From the NCBI GenBank assembly GCA_963752075.1, contig CAVVWO010000007.1:14840-78839 (forward strand): a DNA stretch of 64,000 bases. Reading direction: 5' to 3'. Made by a program: the position numbers and the translations under genes. Positions within the stretch are counted from its first letter, which is position 1. Every line of letters begins with the position of its first letter. Source of the stretch: an uncultured Acidimicrobiia bacterium (lineage in GTDB: Bacteria; Actinomycetota; Acidimicrobiia; Spongiisociales; JAENVV01). Under the pieces are notes generated by a model that was not told the origin of the DNA, did no database searches, and saw nothing but the letters and a program-made list of their open reading frames with translations. Positions 49,513 to 59,894 of the stretch are shown here, piece by piece.

Positions 49513-50316
49513 TCAGGCGACGCCGGGGGTTTGCGATCCCCGCCAACTATCGAGCGTCGCAGAGATTCGTTCTCGGGTCTCATCGAGAATCTCCGCAGCA
49601 TTCTCCCCGCTCTTCCGGAGGATCGGCGCGTCGAACCGGACGTTGATGCGAGTGCCATAGGGAATGGGAAAGAGTTTGTGCTTGAGAAGTTCCCACGAGC
49701 CGTCGATGGCGGTCGGGACGACTGGCAATTCCGGAGCGGCCCGCAGCAATGCGGCTGTGCCACCTGGCTTGAACTCTTTGAGTCGGCCGTCACGGGAACG
49801 GGAACCCTCCGGGAAGATGACCGGCGAAACACCACGCTGCTGACACGTCCTCCCGAAGTCGCGGATGATCCGGATGGCCTGGGTGCCCCCGCCACGGTCG
49901 ATGATGGCGTTGCCTCCACGCCTCAGATTGTAAGAAACGAGCGGGATCCGTTTGGCAAGCTCGATCTTGGCGATGTATTTCGGGTAGTTGGAGAAGAGAA
50001 TCCCCCCGAAGATGGGGACGTCGAGAAGGCTCTGGTGGTTGGAGAGAAAGATGTAGGCGCTCCTCTCCTCGACGGCGGGATGGCGCTCGACGGTTATCCG
50101 GGCGCCGGAGAGACGGAAACACCACAACAGGACCCGCTGAACGGCGCCGGCCGTTACTTCCATAGCGTGAAGGCCGAAGAGCCGGGCGATCCGAATGGCG
50201 AGGTCGCCGAACAGAAAGGTGAGCCCAAACGCGACGAGGGTGGGGATGGTGGTGACCCAGTCCCTAATGGTGCGCAAGGTGGAGGAGAGGCCCATGGAAT
50301 CCCTGATATCGGTCAC
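49513..50316 (-). CDS. lysophospholipid acyltransferase (PlsC-like)
   Basis: NHQS.LD, FPEGSRS, VVPTAI. Confidence 0.88.
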   Translation of the reverse strand: MTDIRDSMGLSSTLRTIRDWVTTIPTLVAFGLTFLFGDLAIRIARLFGLHAMEVTAGAVQRVLLWCFRLSGARITVERHPAVEERSAYIFLSNHQSLLDVPIFGGILFSNYPKYIAKIELAKRIPLVSYNLRRGGNAIIDRGGGTQAIRIIRDFGRTCQQRGVSPVIFPEGSRSRDGRLKEFKPGGTAALLRAAPELPVVPTAIDGSWELLKHKLFPIPYGTRINVRFDAPILRKSGENAAEILDETRERISATLDSWRGSQTPGVA

Positions 50317-50337
50317 GGCCGGTTGCCAGCTACCACG

Positions 50338-52557
50338 CTACCCCATGCGGCTGGGGATGGCACCTCGCCACGCCCGGGCGGCGTCCGAGAGAGCGACCCG
50401 GGCCGATTCGGGCCCTCCGTTGTCGAACACCAGGTCTTCGCCTCCGAAGACCCCCAATCGCGAAGCGGTCACACCCAACTCTCCGGCCACCCGCTCGATG
50501 TGATCGGCGTGGCGGCTGGGGACGGCGGCGAGGAATCGGTGAGGGTTCTCCGCGAAGAGTCCCACCCAGTCTGTGAAGTGGAATTCGGCGCCGACTCCGG
50601 ACCGGATACACATCTCGGCCAGCGTCACAGCCACACCTCCGAGCGAAACATCGTGGAGGCACGGGCTCAGCTCCTCGCCAACCATCAGGGCGGCGAGCGT
50701 CATGACCCCCTTGGCCATCGCGGCGTCCGGAGCATCCGGTCGCCCGCCCACATGGCCGTGCATCACCTTCTCGAACGCGCTCCCGGCGAGGTTGCGCGAA
50801 TGGCGCGGGCCGAGCATCCAGACCTCCATGCCCGCCTCGGCTCGATCGAGGCGCGGGGGATTGTCGGGGATGGGCTCCACCATGCCCAGCATTCCGACGA
50901 TCGGGGTGGGATAGATGTCCTGTCCGTCCGTTTCGTTGTAGAAGGAGACGTTGCCGCCGATGACCGGGATCCCGAGAGCTTCGCAAGCCTCCGAGATACC
51001 CTCGACCGTTTCGGTGAACTGCCACATCACCTCGGACTTCTCAGGATTTCCAAAGTTGAGGTTGTCGACAACGGCCATCGGGTGGGCCCCGACCATCGCC
51101 ACGTTCAGCGCCGCCTCGAATACCAAGCGCGCCGCTCCGCGCCGCGGATCGAGGTAGCAATGACGTCCGTTCCCGTCGGTGGAGACCGCCAGACCTTTCT
51201 CGGTGCCTTTGACCCGAAGGAGGGAGCCATCGTGCCCTGGTCCAACCATGGTGTTGAGGAAGAGCTGGTGGTCGTACTGTTCGTATGCCCAGGCAGGGTC
51301 GGCCAGAGAAGGGTCGTCGAGCAACTGGAGGAGGCAGGCGCCGACGTCGGGCGACTGCAGGACCTGGAGAGTGTGAGTCCACACGTCTTCGAGCCAGTAC
51401 GGTTCCCCGGACGGTCGATGGTAGAGAGGCGCATCCTCGGTCAACGAGGCTGCCGGTAGGTCCGCCACAAGTTCCCCGTTGTAGCGAATCCGTAGGGCAC
51501 CGCCCTGCTTGACTTCCCCGACCACTGAGGCATCGATCTCCCACTTTCGGGCAATGGCGAGGACCTCGTCGACGCGGCTCGGTTCTACGAACGCCATCAT
51601 GCGCTCCTGCGACTCGGACATGAGGAGTTCTGGGGCGGTCATGCCGCTTTCGCGAACATGGACGTTGTCGAGATCCACCTCCATGCCTACTCCAGCCCGA
51701 GCGGCTGGTTCTGACGTGGCACACGAGAGGCCGGCCGCTCCGAGGTCTTGGACGCCCACGACCAATCCCTTCTCGTACAGCTCGAGGCAGGCTTCGATCA
51801 GTTTCTTCTCTTCGAACGGATCCCCGACTTGCACGGAGGGGCGTTTGGATTCGGAGGCTTCGTCGAAACTCGCAGAGGCTAGGACGGAGGCGCCTCCGAT
51901 CCCGTCGCGGCCGGTCGAAGACCCCAGCAGGACGGATACCGAGCCGGGGGCGCCGGCCGTCCCGAGCACCAACTGCTCGCGACGGAGAATGCCAAGGCAC
52001 ATCACATTGACGAGGGGGTTGCCGCTGTAGCACTCCTCGAAGGCGATTTCTCCCCCAACCGTCGGCACGCCGACCGCGTTGCCGTACCCCGCGATGCCCT
52101 CGACGACCCCGGAGAAGAGGTAGCGGTTGTGGGGATCGTCGAGCGGTCCGAAGCGGATCTGGTCCCAGAGGGCGATCGGACGGGCTCCCATCGTGAAGAT
52201 GTCGCGCAGAATGCCGCCGACGCCGGTTGCCGCCCCCTGGACCGGCTCGACATAGGAGGGGTGATTGTGGGATTCGATTCGCAACGCCGCCAGCCAGCCG
52301 TCCCCGATATCCACCACCCCGGCGTTCTCGCCCGGCCCTACGACCACCCACGGCGCCTCCGTCGGAAACCGACCGAGGTGGGCGCGCGAGGATTTGTATG
52401 AGCAATGCTCGGACCACATCACCGAATACATGGCCAACTCGGTGTCTCGGGGCACTCGGCCAAGGATGTCGACGACCGTTCCGTACTCCTCGTCGGTCAT
52501 GCCCAGAACCTGATGGAGTGGTCGGTCGATGGTTTCGGACGTCTCGGATTCAGACAA
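50338..52557 (-). CDS. purL: phosphoribosylformylglycinamidine synthase subunit L
   Basis: [39 protein letters not shown]; start approximate. Confidence 0.96.
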   Translation of the reverse strand: MSESETSETIDRPLHQVLGMTDEEYGTVVDILGRVPRDTELAMYSVMWSEHCSYKSSRAHLGRFPTEAPWVVVGPGENAGVVDIGDGWLAALRIESHNHPSYVEPVQGAATGVGGILRDIFTMGARPIALWDQIRFGPLDDPHNRYLFSGVVEGIAGYGNAVGVPTVGGEIAFEECYSGNPLVNVMCLGILRREQLVLGTAGAPGSVSVLLGSSTGRDGIGGASVLASASFDEASESKRPSVQVGDPFEEKKLIEACLELYEKGLVVGVQDLGAAGLSCATSEPAARAGVGMEVDLDNVHVRESGMTAPELLMSESQERMMAFVEPSRVDEVLAIARKWEIDASVVGEVKQGGALRIRYNGELVADLPAASLTEDAPLYHRPSGEPYWLEDVWTHTLQVLQSPDVGACLLQLLDDPSLADPAWAYEQYDHQLFLNTMVGPGHDGSLLRVKGTEKGLAVSTDGNGRHCYLDPRRGAARLVFEAALNVAMVGAHPMAVVDNLNFGNPEKSEVMWQFTETVEGISEACEALGIPVIGGNVSFYNETDGQDIYPTPIVGMLGMVEPIPDNPPRLDRAEAGMEVWMLGPRHSRNLAGSAFEKVMHGHVGGRPDAPDAAMAKGVMTLAALMVGEELSPCLHDVSLGGVAVTLAEMCIRSGVGAEFHFTDWVGLFAENPHRFLAAVPSRHADHIERVAGELGVTASRLGVFGGEDLVFDNGGPESARVALSDAARAWRGAIPSRMG

Positions 52558-53248
52558 TGGCCGGCTCCATGGAGACGACAAACGATTCCAGGAGGACCCG
52601 ACCATCGGTCGAACCGAGCACGGCCTCGATCGCACGCTCGGGATGTGGCATGAGTCCGGCCACGTTGCCGGCAGGGTTGCTCACACCGGCGATGTTGGCC
52701 ATCGACCCGTTCGGGTTGGTGCTCTCACCAACGCTGCCGTCTGGCCCCGAGTAGCGAACGATCACCTGGCCGTCGGTTTCGAGGGCCGCCAGCTCAGATT
52801 CGGGCACCGTGAAGTTGCCCTCATAGGAGTTCAACGGAATCCGCAGTACCTGGCCGGGCGTGGCGGCGCGGGTGAGCACGGATGCTGTGCTCTCGACACG
52901 AAGATGGACGTCGCGACAGATGAACTTCAAATCTCTGTTCTGAAGCAGGACGCCCGGGAGCAGACCGGCTTCGCAGAGAATCTGGAAGCCGTTGCAGATT
53001 CCCAGGACCGGCTTCCCTCCTTCGGCCATCTTCTCGACCTCGGACATGATCGGCGAGAACCTCGCGATGGCGCCGGTGCGGAGGTAGTCACCATGGGCGA
53101 AACCGCCGGGGAGGATGGCTCCGTCGAACTCTGAGAGATCGGTTTCACGATGCCAGACCAACTCGGCCTCGGCGCCAACCGAGCGGAGTGCGTAGACGGC
53201 GTCGTGTTCACAGTTTGACCCGGGGAACACGATCACCGCGGCCTTCAC
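52550..53248 (-). CDS. purQ: phosphoribosylformylglycinamidine synthase subunit Q
   Basis: FPGSNC, PGGF..GDYLR, GICNGFQ, MPHPER. Confidence 0.96.
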   Translation of the reverse strand: MKAAVIVFPGSNCEHDAVYALRSVGAEAELVWHRETDLSEFDGAILPGGFAHGDYLRTGAIARFSPIMSEVEKMAEGGKPVLGICNGFQILCEAGLLPGVLLQNRDLKFICRDVHLRVESTASVLTRAATPGQVLRIPLNSYEGNFTVPESELAALETDGQVIVRYSGPDGSVGESTNPNGSMANIAGVSNPAGNVAGLMPHPERAIEAVLGSTDGRVLLESFVVSMEPAIV

Positions 53249-53487
53249 CCGTGGACCTCGATTTCGAAATCCTCCATGACCGGATTGGCGAGGAGTTTCC
53301 GACACATTTCGGCTACCCGCGATTCCACTTCGGCGCGATCGGCGCCCTCGACCTCGAGGGTCACCACCTTGTCGATTCTGACCCGGGTGACCTCTTTGTA
53401 GCCGAGATCGCGTAAGGCGCGACCGACCGTGCTCCCTTGAGGGTCGGAGATCATCGGCCTCCGTTTGACCATCACGGTCACTTTCAT
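53245..53487 (-). CDS. purS: phosphoribosylformylglycinamidine synthase subunit S
   Basis: DPQG, LLANPVME. Confidence 0.95.
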   Translation of the reverse strand: MKVTVMVKRRPMISDPQGSTVGRALRDLGYKEVTRVRIDKVVTLEVEGADRAEVESRVAEMCRKLLANPVMEDFEIEVHG

Positions 53488-54362
53488 AGATTCTCCATGT
53501 AGGAATCGAAGGGGTTGCCGGTGACCCGGGCATAGGCCTCGGTGTAGCGTGCCCGGGTTCCGGCGATGATGTCCGGCGGCAACGCAGGAGACGGGGGATT
53601 GTGATCCCAGCCGGTCGAGTCGAGCCAGTCGCGCACATACTGCTTGTCGAAGGAAGGCACCGGACTCCCGGGTCGCCACTCGTCGGCCGGCCAATAGCGA
53701 GACGAGTCGGGCGTCAGAACCTCGTCGATGAGGAGTAGCTCATTGCCGACGAACCCGAACTCGAATTTCGTATCGGCGAGAATGACCCCACGTTGGGCGG
53801 CGTACTCGGCTGCCTCGACGTAGATGGCCATCGAGGAGTCGCGGAGTCGCGTATACAGGGCATCTCCGAGCGCTTGGCGGGCCTCAGCCTCGGTGAGGTT
53901 TTCGTCGTGGCCACTCTCGGCCTTGGTGGCCGGCGTGAAGATCGGTTCGGGTAGCTTGTCGGCAAGTCGGAGGCCGGCCGAAAGGTGCTCGGTCGTCGGT
54001 CCACCTCCGTCGCGGTACTCCCGCCAGGAGGAGCCGTACAGGTATCCCCGCACGACACATTCGACCGGAACGACCTGAGCTCGTCTGACGATCATCGATC
54101 GGCCGGCCAAGTCCTTCTTCTCTTCCTCGGTGAGGCCGTCGATCGTCGAGAGGTCCGTCGAGATGAAGTGATTCGGAGCCTCGAGAAGATCGAAGAAATG
54201 CAGGGACAACCCGGTGAGGACCCTGCCCTTGTCCGGGATCGGGTCTCCCAGGATCACGTCGTATGCGGAGATTCGGTCGGTGGCCACGAAGAGCAGGCGG
54301 TCAGGGTCGACCTCGTAGATCTCCCGAACCTTGCCTGAACCCAGATGTCGTAACGCCGGCAC
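53484..54362 (-). CDS. purC: SAICAR synthetase
   Basis: SGKVREIY, DRISAYD, ECVVRGY, ADTKFEFG, DEVLTPDSSR; TATGAT seven nt before GTG (alternative start 54374). Confidence 0.96.
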   Translation of the reverse strand: MPALRHLGSGKVREIYEVDPDRLLFVATDRISAYDVILGDPIPDKGRVLTGLSLHFFDLLEAPNHFISTDLSTIDGLTEEEKKDLAGRSMIVRRAQVVPVECVVRGYLYGSSWREYRDGGGPTTEHLSAGLRLADKLPEPIFTPATKAESGHDENLTEAEARQALGDALYTRLRDSSMAIYVEAAEYAAQRGVILADTKFEFGFVGNELLLIDEVLTPDSSRYWPADEWRPGSPVPSFDKQYVRDWLDSTGWDHNPPSPALPPDIIAGTRARYTEAYARVTGNPFDSYMENL

Positions 54363-54479
54363 GGCGGGGATCATACTGGCAAACGAACTGGTTGGGCGAT
54401 CTTGTCGGATCGGATGGCGAATCCGGGCCTCGACCTCCCGTCCGTGACCTTGGCGGCGCGGGAGGGTTAGCCTTGTGGA

Positions 54480-55895
54480 ATGGCGCTGGCAGACGACCTC
54501 CGAAAGCTACTGGGGACCGATCAGGTCCTCTCCGAACCGGTCGAACGGCACCTCTACGCCAAGGACGCCGGCGTCGTCCGGGGAAGCGCCGGTCTGGTCG
54601 TCTTTCCCGAGACCGCCGAAGAGGTGGCAGCCGTGGTTCGTGCCGCCCGGGCTGCGAATACGCCTCTGGTGGCGAGGGGCGCCGGGACGGGGCTGGCCGG
54701 CGGGGCGGTTCCCTTTGGGGATGCGGTGGTCGTCGCCATGACGGGACTCACCGACGTCGACATCGACCCGGAGAATCGCACAGCATGGGTGGGACCGGGC
54801 GTGATCAACCTCGATCTGTCGAACATGACCGCCCCGCATGGTTTCCATTTCGCGCCGGACCCGTCTTCGCAATCGGCATGCACCATCGGAGGCAATGTCG
54901 CCAACAACAGCGGCGGACCGCATTGCCTCTCAGAGGGCACGACCGTGAACCATGTGCTCGCCCTCGAGCTGGTGACGGCCGACGGTGAAATCGTGACTCT
55001 GGGGAGCGCCGCACCAGACCCCATCGGATTGGATCTCCGAGGCGTGGTAGTGGGCTCGGAGGGCACCCTGGGGATACTCACCCGCGTGCTCGTGAAGCTC
55101 ACTCCGAATCCCCCGGCGGTCCGAACGGCGCTGGTGTCGTTCGGTCGGGTTGAAGACGCTGCAGCAACGGTGTCGGGAATCATCGCTCGAGGGGTCGTTC
55201 CGGCTGCGCTGGAGATGATGGACCAGGTGATGACCCAGGCGGTGGAGAACTTCGTCCATGCCGGTTTCAACACCGACGCCGCGGCAGTGCTCTTGGCCGA
55301 GGTGGCCGGCCACGCCCAAGCGGTCGACGCCGAACTCTCGATTGTTGAGGAGGTGGCAAGGGAGAACGGCGCCATCGAGGTCCGGGTGGCCCAATCGGAG
55401 GAAGAACGAGCGCTGCTTTGGCTGGGCCGGAAATCCGCTTTCGGGGCGGTTGCCCAGATGGCCCCCGACTACTACCTGCATGACACAGTGGTTCCGAGAA
55501 CTCGTTTGGTACCGGTCATGAAGGAGGTGTACGAGATTGCGGCCCGATACGGGATCACGATGATGAACGTCTTCCACGCCGGCGACGGAAACCTCCACCC
55601 GCTGATGGCGTTTGACGCCAAGGAGCCAGGGATGCTCGAAAGGGTGCAGGAGGCCGCCGAGGAGCTCGTCACTCTCTGCGTCGACAACGGAGGAGTGTTG
55701 TCCGGGGAACACGGAATCGGACTCGAGAAGCGCGACCTCATGCCGCTCATGTTCTCCGAAGCGGATCTCGACGCCCAGGCCCGACTGAGAGAGGCATTCG
55801 ATCCCGAAGGCCTCTTCAACCCGAACAAGGTTCTCCCGGCCGGCTCCAGGTGTTTCGACCTCGGCCATCCGGTCCCTGAGGGTGCCTGGCTGTGA
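54480..55895 (+). CDS. glcD: glycolate oxidase subunit GlcD-like FAD-linked oxidase
   Basis: RGAGTGL.GG, PDPSSQ..CTIGGN, GSEGTLG, HAGDGNLHP, GEHGIG. Confidence 0.88.
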   Translation: MALADDLRKLLGTDQVLSEPVERHLYAKDAGVVRGSAGLVVFPETAEEVAAVVRAARAANTPLVARGAGTGLAGGAVPFGDAVVVAMTGLTDVDIDPENRTAWVGPGVINLDLSNMTAPHGFHFAPDPSSQSACTIGGNVANNSGGPHCLSEGTTVNHVLALELVTADGEIVTLGSAAPDPIGLDLRGVVVGSEGTLGILTRVLVKLTPNPPAVRTALVSFGRVEDAAATVSGIIARGVVPAALEMMDQVMTQAVENFVHAGFNTDAAAVLLAEVAGHAQAVDAELSIVEEVARENGAIEVRVAQSEEERALLWLGRKSAFGAVAQMAPDYYLHDTVVPRTRLVPVMKEVYEIAARYGITMMNVFHAGDGNLHPLMAFDAKEPGMLERVQEAAEELVTLCVDNGGVLSGEHGIGLEKRDLMPLMFSEADLDAQARLREAFDPEGLFNPNKVLPAGSRCFDLGHPVPEGAWL

Positions 55896-57016
55896 CCAGG
55901 TCCCTCGATGTCCTGCTCGCCGATTCCGATCACGACCGCCCCGCAGCTGCGCCGGATGCGGAGATCATGGTCGCACCCGGCTCGTCCGAGGAGGTCGGAC
56001 ACATCCTCGAGTACGCCTCCGAGAACTCCCTGCGAGTTCTGGTGTGGGGCAGCGGAACCCACCAGGGTTATGGCGACCCGGTCCAGCCGGACATCCTGTT
56101 GTTGACCGCAGGCCTCGACAATGTGGCTGCCTGGGAACCGGACGATCTGACGGTGGTGGTCGGCGCAGGGGCCACGGTTGGGCCTCTCGAGGAACGCCTC
56201 GCCGAGCGTGGCCAGACAGCTGTCCTCCCGGAGTTCGCCCCCGCCGCGACCGTCGGGGGCGTGGTGTCGGCCGGATTGTCGGGTTGGCGGAGGTCTCGCT
56301 ACGGACCGACGCGGGACCGGATCCTCGAAGTGGACCTGGTGACCGGGGACGGGCGCATGGTTCGGGCCGGCGGGCGGGTCGTCAAGAACGTCACCGGGTA
56401 CGACTTACCCAGACTCGCCGTTGGCTCGTTTGGAGGCTTGGGGGTGGTCACGCAGGTCTGCCTGAAGCTGTGGCCGCTTCCTGAGTCGACCATGACCGTG
56501 GATGTTGATGACGGGTCCCGGGCGGCGGGGGCGGCCTACCGGCCCTTGGCGATTCTCGAGGACGACGACGGGGTGCGCGTCTTCCTGTCGGGAACCCGCG
56601 CCGAGGTGGAGGGTCAGGCATCTGCGTTGGGCGGGCGAGCCGAGCCTGGTCTCCAGTGGCCCAAACCGATGACCTGTCCACCGGGGAGCGCCCACTGGTC
56701 GCTGCGCATCCCACCGGCCTTGCTCGATGACGCGCTCACTCGGGTTCCCGCCCGGTGGAGCTTCTTGGCTCAGCACGAGGTGGGCGAGGTCGAGTTGGTC
56801 GACGAGGTGGCGGATGCCGATCGAGCCAGGCGACTACGCCAGTGGGCCGAGGCCGAGGGTGGGGCCCTCGTCATGGTCGACGCTCCCGACTCGGTGCGTG
56901 CGGTCATGGATCCGTGGGGCGCCTTGCCGCCTCTCCTCGAGACTCAGCGTCGGATCGTGGCGAGGTTCGACCCTGCTCGGGTTGTCAATCCTGGCCGGCT
57001 CCCGGGAGGCATCTGA
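55892..57016 (+). CDS. glcE: glycolate oxidase FAD-binding subunit GlcE-like
   Basis: ATVGG, GGRVVKNVTGYDL, FDP..V.NPGR. Confidence 0.85.
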   Translation: MTRSLDVLLADSDHDRPAAAPDAEIMVAPGSSEEVGHILEYASENSLRVLVWGSGTHQGYGDPVQPDILLLTAGLDNVAAWEPDDLTVVVGAGATVGPLEERLAERGQTAVLPEFAPAATVGGVVSAGLSGWRRSRYGPTRDRILEVDLVTGDGRMVRAGGRVVKNVTGYDLPRLAVGSFGGLGVVTQVCLKLWPLPESTMTVDVDDGSRAAGAAYRPLAILEDDDGVRVFLSGTRAEVEGQASALGGRAEPGLQWPKPMTCPPGSAHWSLRIPPALLDDALTRVPARWSFLAQHEVGEVELVDEVADADRARRLRQWAEAEGGALVMVDAPDSVRAVMDPWGALPPLLETQRRIVARFDPARVVNPGRLPGGI

Positions 57017-58248
57017 TGGCGTGGGCGACTGCAGATGCGCCGAGCCGGGCCGAGCTCGACTCCTGCGTGGCGTGCGGTCTGTGCCTCCCGCATTGCCCGA
57101 CCTTTCGGCTGACCGGACGCGAGACCGAGTCTCCTCGGGGACGCCTGGCCGCCATGTCGGCGGTGGCGGAGGGCGCGGTCGAACTCGATGCCACCTTCGA
57201 GTCCATCATGGATTCGTGTCTGCAATGCCGCGCCTGTGAGCCCGTGTGCCCCTCCATGGTCCCCTTCGGAAGAGCGATGGAAGGAGCTCGGATCGAGATC
57301 TCGGTGCAGCGCCCCACACCCGCCCGTCGGCTCAGGCACCTCATCCTTGGTCGGGCGCTCGGTCGACCGGCGCTGGTCGACATGGCCGGGAGAGTCGCCC
57401 GAGTAGCCAGGCGCGGTCCACTCCGGCTGTTGGCGCCGCCTGCCTTTCGGACCTCAATGCGAGGTCTCCGACCAGCCACAGGTCGACCCTCGATCCGTGG
57501 TCGGTCGTATCCGGCCGTGGGCACCAGGCGGGGAAGGGTGGGCTTGCTGTCCGGATGTGTCATGGATTCCTGGTTCGGTGAAGTCCATGAAGCCACCATC
57601 GAGGTTCTCCGACGAGCCGGATACGAAGTGGTCGTTCCCCCGCGTCAGACCTGCTGCGGAGCCCTTTCGGCACATGACGGGGATGCTCCGGGAGCCCGAA
57701 GAATGGCCAAAAAGAATGTGGCCGCTTTCGCCGGCTTCGATTTCATCGTCACCAATTCGGCGGGGTGCGGAGCGCACCTCAAGGAGTACGACCAGTGGGC
57801 GGGCGCGGCCGGCGGAGGCGTCAAGCGGCGAGCTCGCGACGTTTCCGAGTTGGTGGCGGAAGCGCTGGAGGACGGGCGGCTCCCGGCTTTCGAGCAGGGG
57901 GGTGGGCAGGTTGCCGTTCAGGATCCGTGTCACCTTCGGAATGCCCAGAGGATCACCGAGCAACCGCGCGCCATCGTCCGAGCGGCCGGCTTTGAGCCGG
58001 TCGACGTCGATCCAGCGGGCATGTGTTGTGGTGCGGCCGGCGTGTACGCGATTCTTCACGGTGAGAAGTCCGCCGAACTCGGATCTCGAAAACGAGCCGA
58101 GGTACTCGAAACGGGCGCGTCCGTCGTCGCCTCCGCCAACCCCGGTTGTGAAATGCAGCTTCGGTCCCACTTGGGCGACCGTCATCGGGTGGTGCACCCG
58201 GTTGAGCTCTATTGGGAGGCGCTTTCGGGAACCGTTGAGTCCGGTTGA
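57016..58248 (+). CDS. glcF: glycolate oxidase iron-sulfur subunit GlcF-like
   Basis: Two CxxCxxCxxxCP motifs, ESPRGR, two CCG domains. Confidence 0.88.
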   Translation: MAWATADAPSRAELDSCVACGLCLPHCPTFRLTGRETESPRGRLAAMSAVAEGAVELDATFESIMDSCLQCRACEPVCPSMVPFGRAMEGARIEISVQRPTPARRLRHLILGRALGRPALVDMAGRVARVARRGPLRLLAPPAFRTSMRGLRPATGRPSIRGRSYPAVGTRRGRVGLLSGCVMDSWFGEVHEATIEVLRRAGYEVVVPPRQTCCGALSAHDGDAPGARRMAKKNVAAFAGFDFIVTNSAGCGAHLKEYDQWAGAAGGGVKRRARDVSELVAEALEDGRLPAFEQGGGQVAVQDPCHLRNAQRITEQPRAIVRAAGFEPVDVDPAGMCCGAAGVYAILHGEKSAELGSRKRAEVLETGASVVASANPGCEMQLRSHLGDRHRVVHPVELYWEALSGTVESG

Positions 58249-58288
58249 GCTACGCCGGGTAGTCTGACCGCCAACGAGAGGAGCGTGA

Positions 58289-58933
58289 GTGTCGACACCG
58301 CGCGACACCCCACAATTGGATCCGGCGGGTCAACCGCTCGTCGAATCCGGTGAAGTCCCGCCGGAGGGGTCGGTCCGGCGCGCTGTCACCACGTTTGGGT
58401 TTGCGCTGGCCGGCCTCGCCGATATCGGGCTCTTGGTGGCGGGGAGTGCGCTGATGGCGCTGGCGGCGGCAGTCCTGCTCGACGGTTTTGACGTGGTTCC
58501 GATGAACTTGACGGATTCGACGGGGGCAATGCTCGGCTCGGCGCTGGTCATTGCGGTGTTTGGGGGGTTCGCGCTGGGGGTGGCGTTTGAGGGCCCGATC
58601 GGCCACGGTGCACTTGCCAGCTTGAGTGATGCCCTTCAACTCACCATCGCCAGGGTGGTGGCGGCAGTGCTCGTTGGGCTCGGCATCACTGTGCTTGGAA
58701 GCTTCATCGCCGGCTACACCGACGAGTTGCCGTACCCCTTCGAGTTGGGCGCCGAGGTCGTGCGACGGAGCGGAAGGGCAGGGATGATCTTCGCTGCGCT
58801 CGTGGCTGTTCCTCTGACGTTCTTGCTTCGGTGGCGATTTCCGGACGAGAAGTGGATGGAAGAAGCGGAGTTGCCGATCATTTATCTCGTCTGGATGGCA
58901 GCCACCATGGTCTCCGTGATCGAGATCCTGTAG
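58289..58933 (+). CDS. hypothetical membrane protein
   Basis: 214 aa with multiple TM segments. Confidence 0.7.
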   Translation: MSTPRDTPQLDPAGQPLVESGEVPPEGSVRRAVTTFGFALAGLADIGLLVAGSALMALAAAVLLDGFDVVPMNLTDSTGAMLGSALVIAVFGGFALGVAFEGPIGHGALASLSDALQLTIARVVAAVLVGLGITVLGSFIAGYTDELPYPFELGAEVVRRSGRAGMIFAALVAVPLTFLLRWRFPDEKWMEEAELPIIYLVWMAATMVSVIEIL

Positions 58934-58991
58934 GCGTTCGTCGAGGGAACGGCGTGGCGGGAGGCAGCGAGGGCGCCGCGTGGCGGATGAC

Positions 58992-59864
58992 TCAGAGCGT
59001 GATTTCCCAAACCGTGTTGCTGGAGATCTCACACCCGATGCGCGTGAAGGCGCTGATCAACTCAACCGTGGCCGGGGTCGAGAAAGTGAGGCGTTCGGCG
59101 TCGGTCTCGACTGCCCGGTCGAGGATGGCTCGAACGAGCCGGAAGGAGTCATCGGGGGTCGACACCATCCAGTCGACATGCATGGCCCGGGCGTCATCGC
59201 GCGTGATGATCGCCCAACCCGAGGGACAGTCGAAGAAGGAGTGACTCTTGGCCGCCACGAAGAGATCATCCACGGCTAGGCGCCGCCATCTCCACTCGAC
59301 GGCGAAGAGCCCCCGAGCCATCCGCATCAGGCTGCTCGTCGACCACACCAAAAAGGCGGGTTCTGACTCGACGGCCGGCGCGGGCTTGAGCCGCTCCGGG
59401 CCTTCCACCCGCTTGCCGCCGTTGCCGGTCGGCTGCGGGTCTCGGTTCACGATCGGCCGGGTTGCCCACACCCACTTCGATGCCGGCCGGTACCCGGCTT
59501 TGGCGACCTGCGCTTGGGCAGGTTCGTTCCAATCCTCGACCAGCAGCCGAGCAACCAGGGCCCCTTGCGATCTGCCCCAGTCGAGGAGGTGCCTGTTCAT
59601 CGCCAATGCGATCCCCTCACGCCGCCGGTCGGGGTGGACGCGTGTTGCGTGCAGCCAGAGTTCCGTCGGCGAAAGCATGACGGCTCGAGACAGCGCGATC
59701 GGAGCGTCCTCTCCATCGACCGAAACGATCGTCAGCGAATGTGGCTCTTCGAGCCATGCCTCGAACCGGTCGGGAACGTAGTCCCCCCAAGAGAAGGTAT
59801 CAGTGCTGAAGGCGCGAATGCTTTCGAGATCCGAAGTGCGGCCTGGCCTGATCGTCGCGTCCAT
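58992..59864 (-). CDS. GNAT family N-acetyltransferase
   Basis: RVHPDRRREGIA acetyl-CoA-binding motif; N.PA....KAGY. Confidence 0.82.
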   Translation of the reverse strand: MDATIRPGRTSDLESIRAFSTDTFSWGDYVPDRFEAWLEEPHSLTIVSVDGEDAPIALSRAVMLSPTELWLHATRVHPDRRREGIALAMNRHLLDWGRSQGALVARLLVEDWNEPAQAQVAKAGYRPASKWVWATRPIVNRDPQPTGNGGKRVEGPERLKPAPAVESEPAFLVWSTSSLMRMARGLFAVEWRWRRLAVDDLFVAAKSHSFFDCPSGWAIITRDDARAMHVDWMVSTPDDSFRLVRAILDRAVETDAERLTFSTPATVELISAFTRIGCEISSNTVWEITL

Positions 59865-59894
59865 GGGACGGAGCATAAGGTCACCGAACCAGTT

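Noticed and set aside
49315-51459. Long antisense ORFs (also 37010..38374, 9432..11003, 25971..27266, 59514..60692)
   Set aside because: Shadow frames of well-supported genes in GC-rich DNA, with no recognisable motifs.
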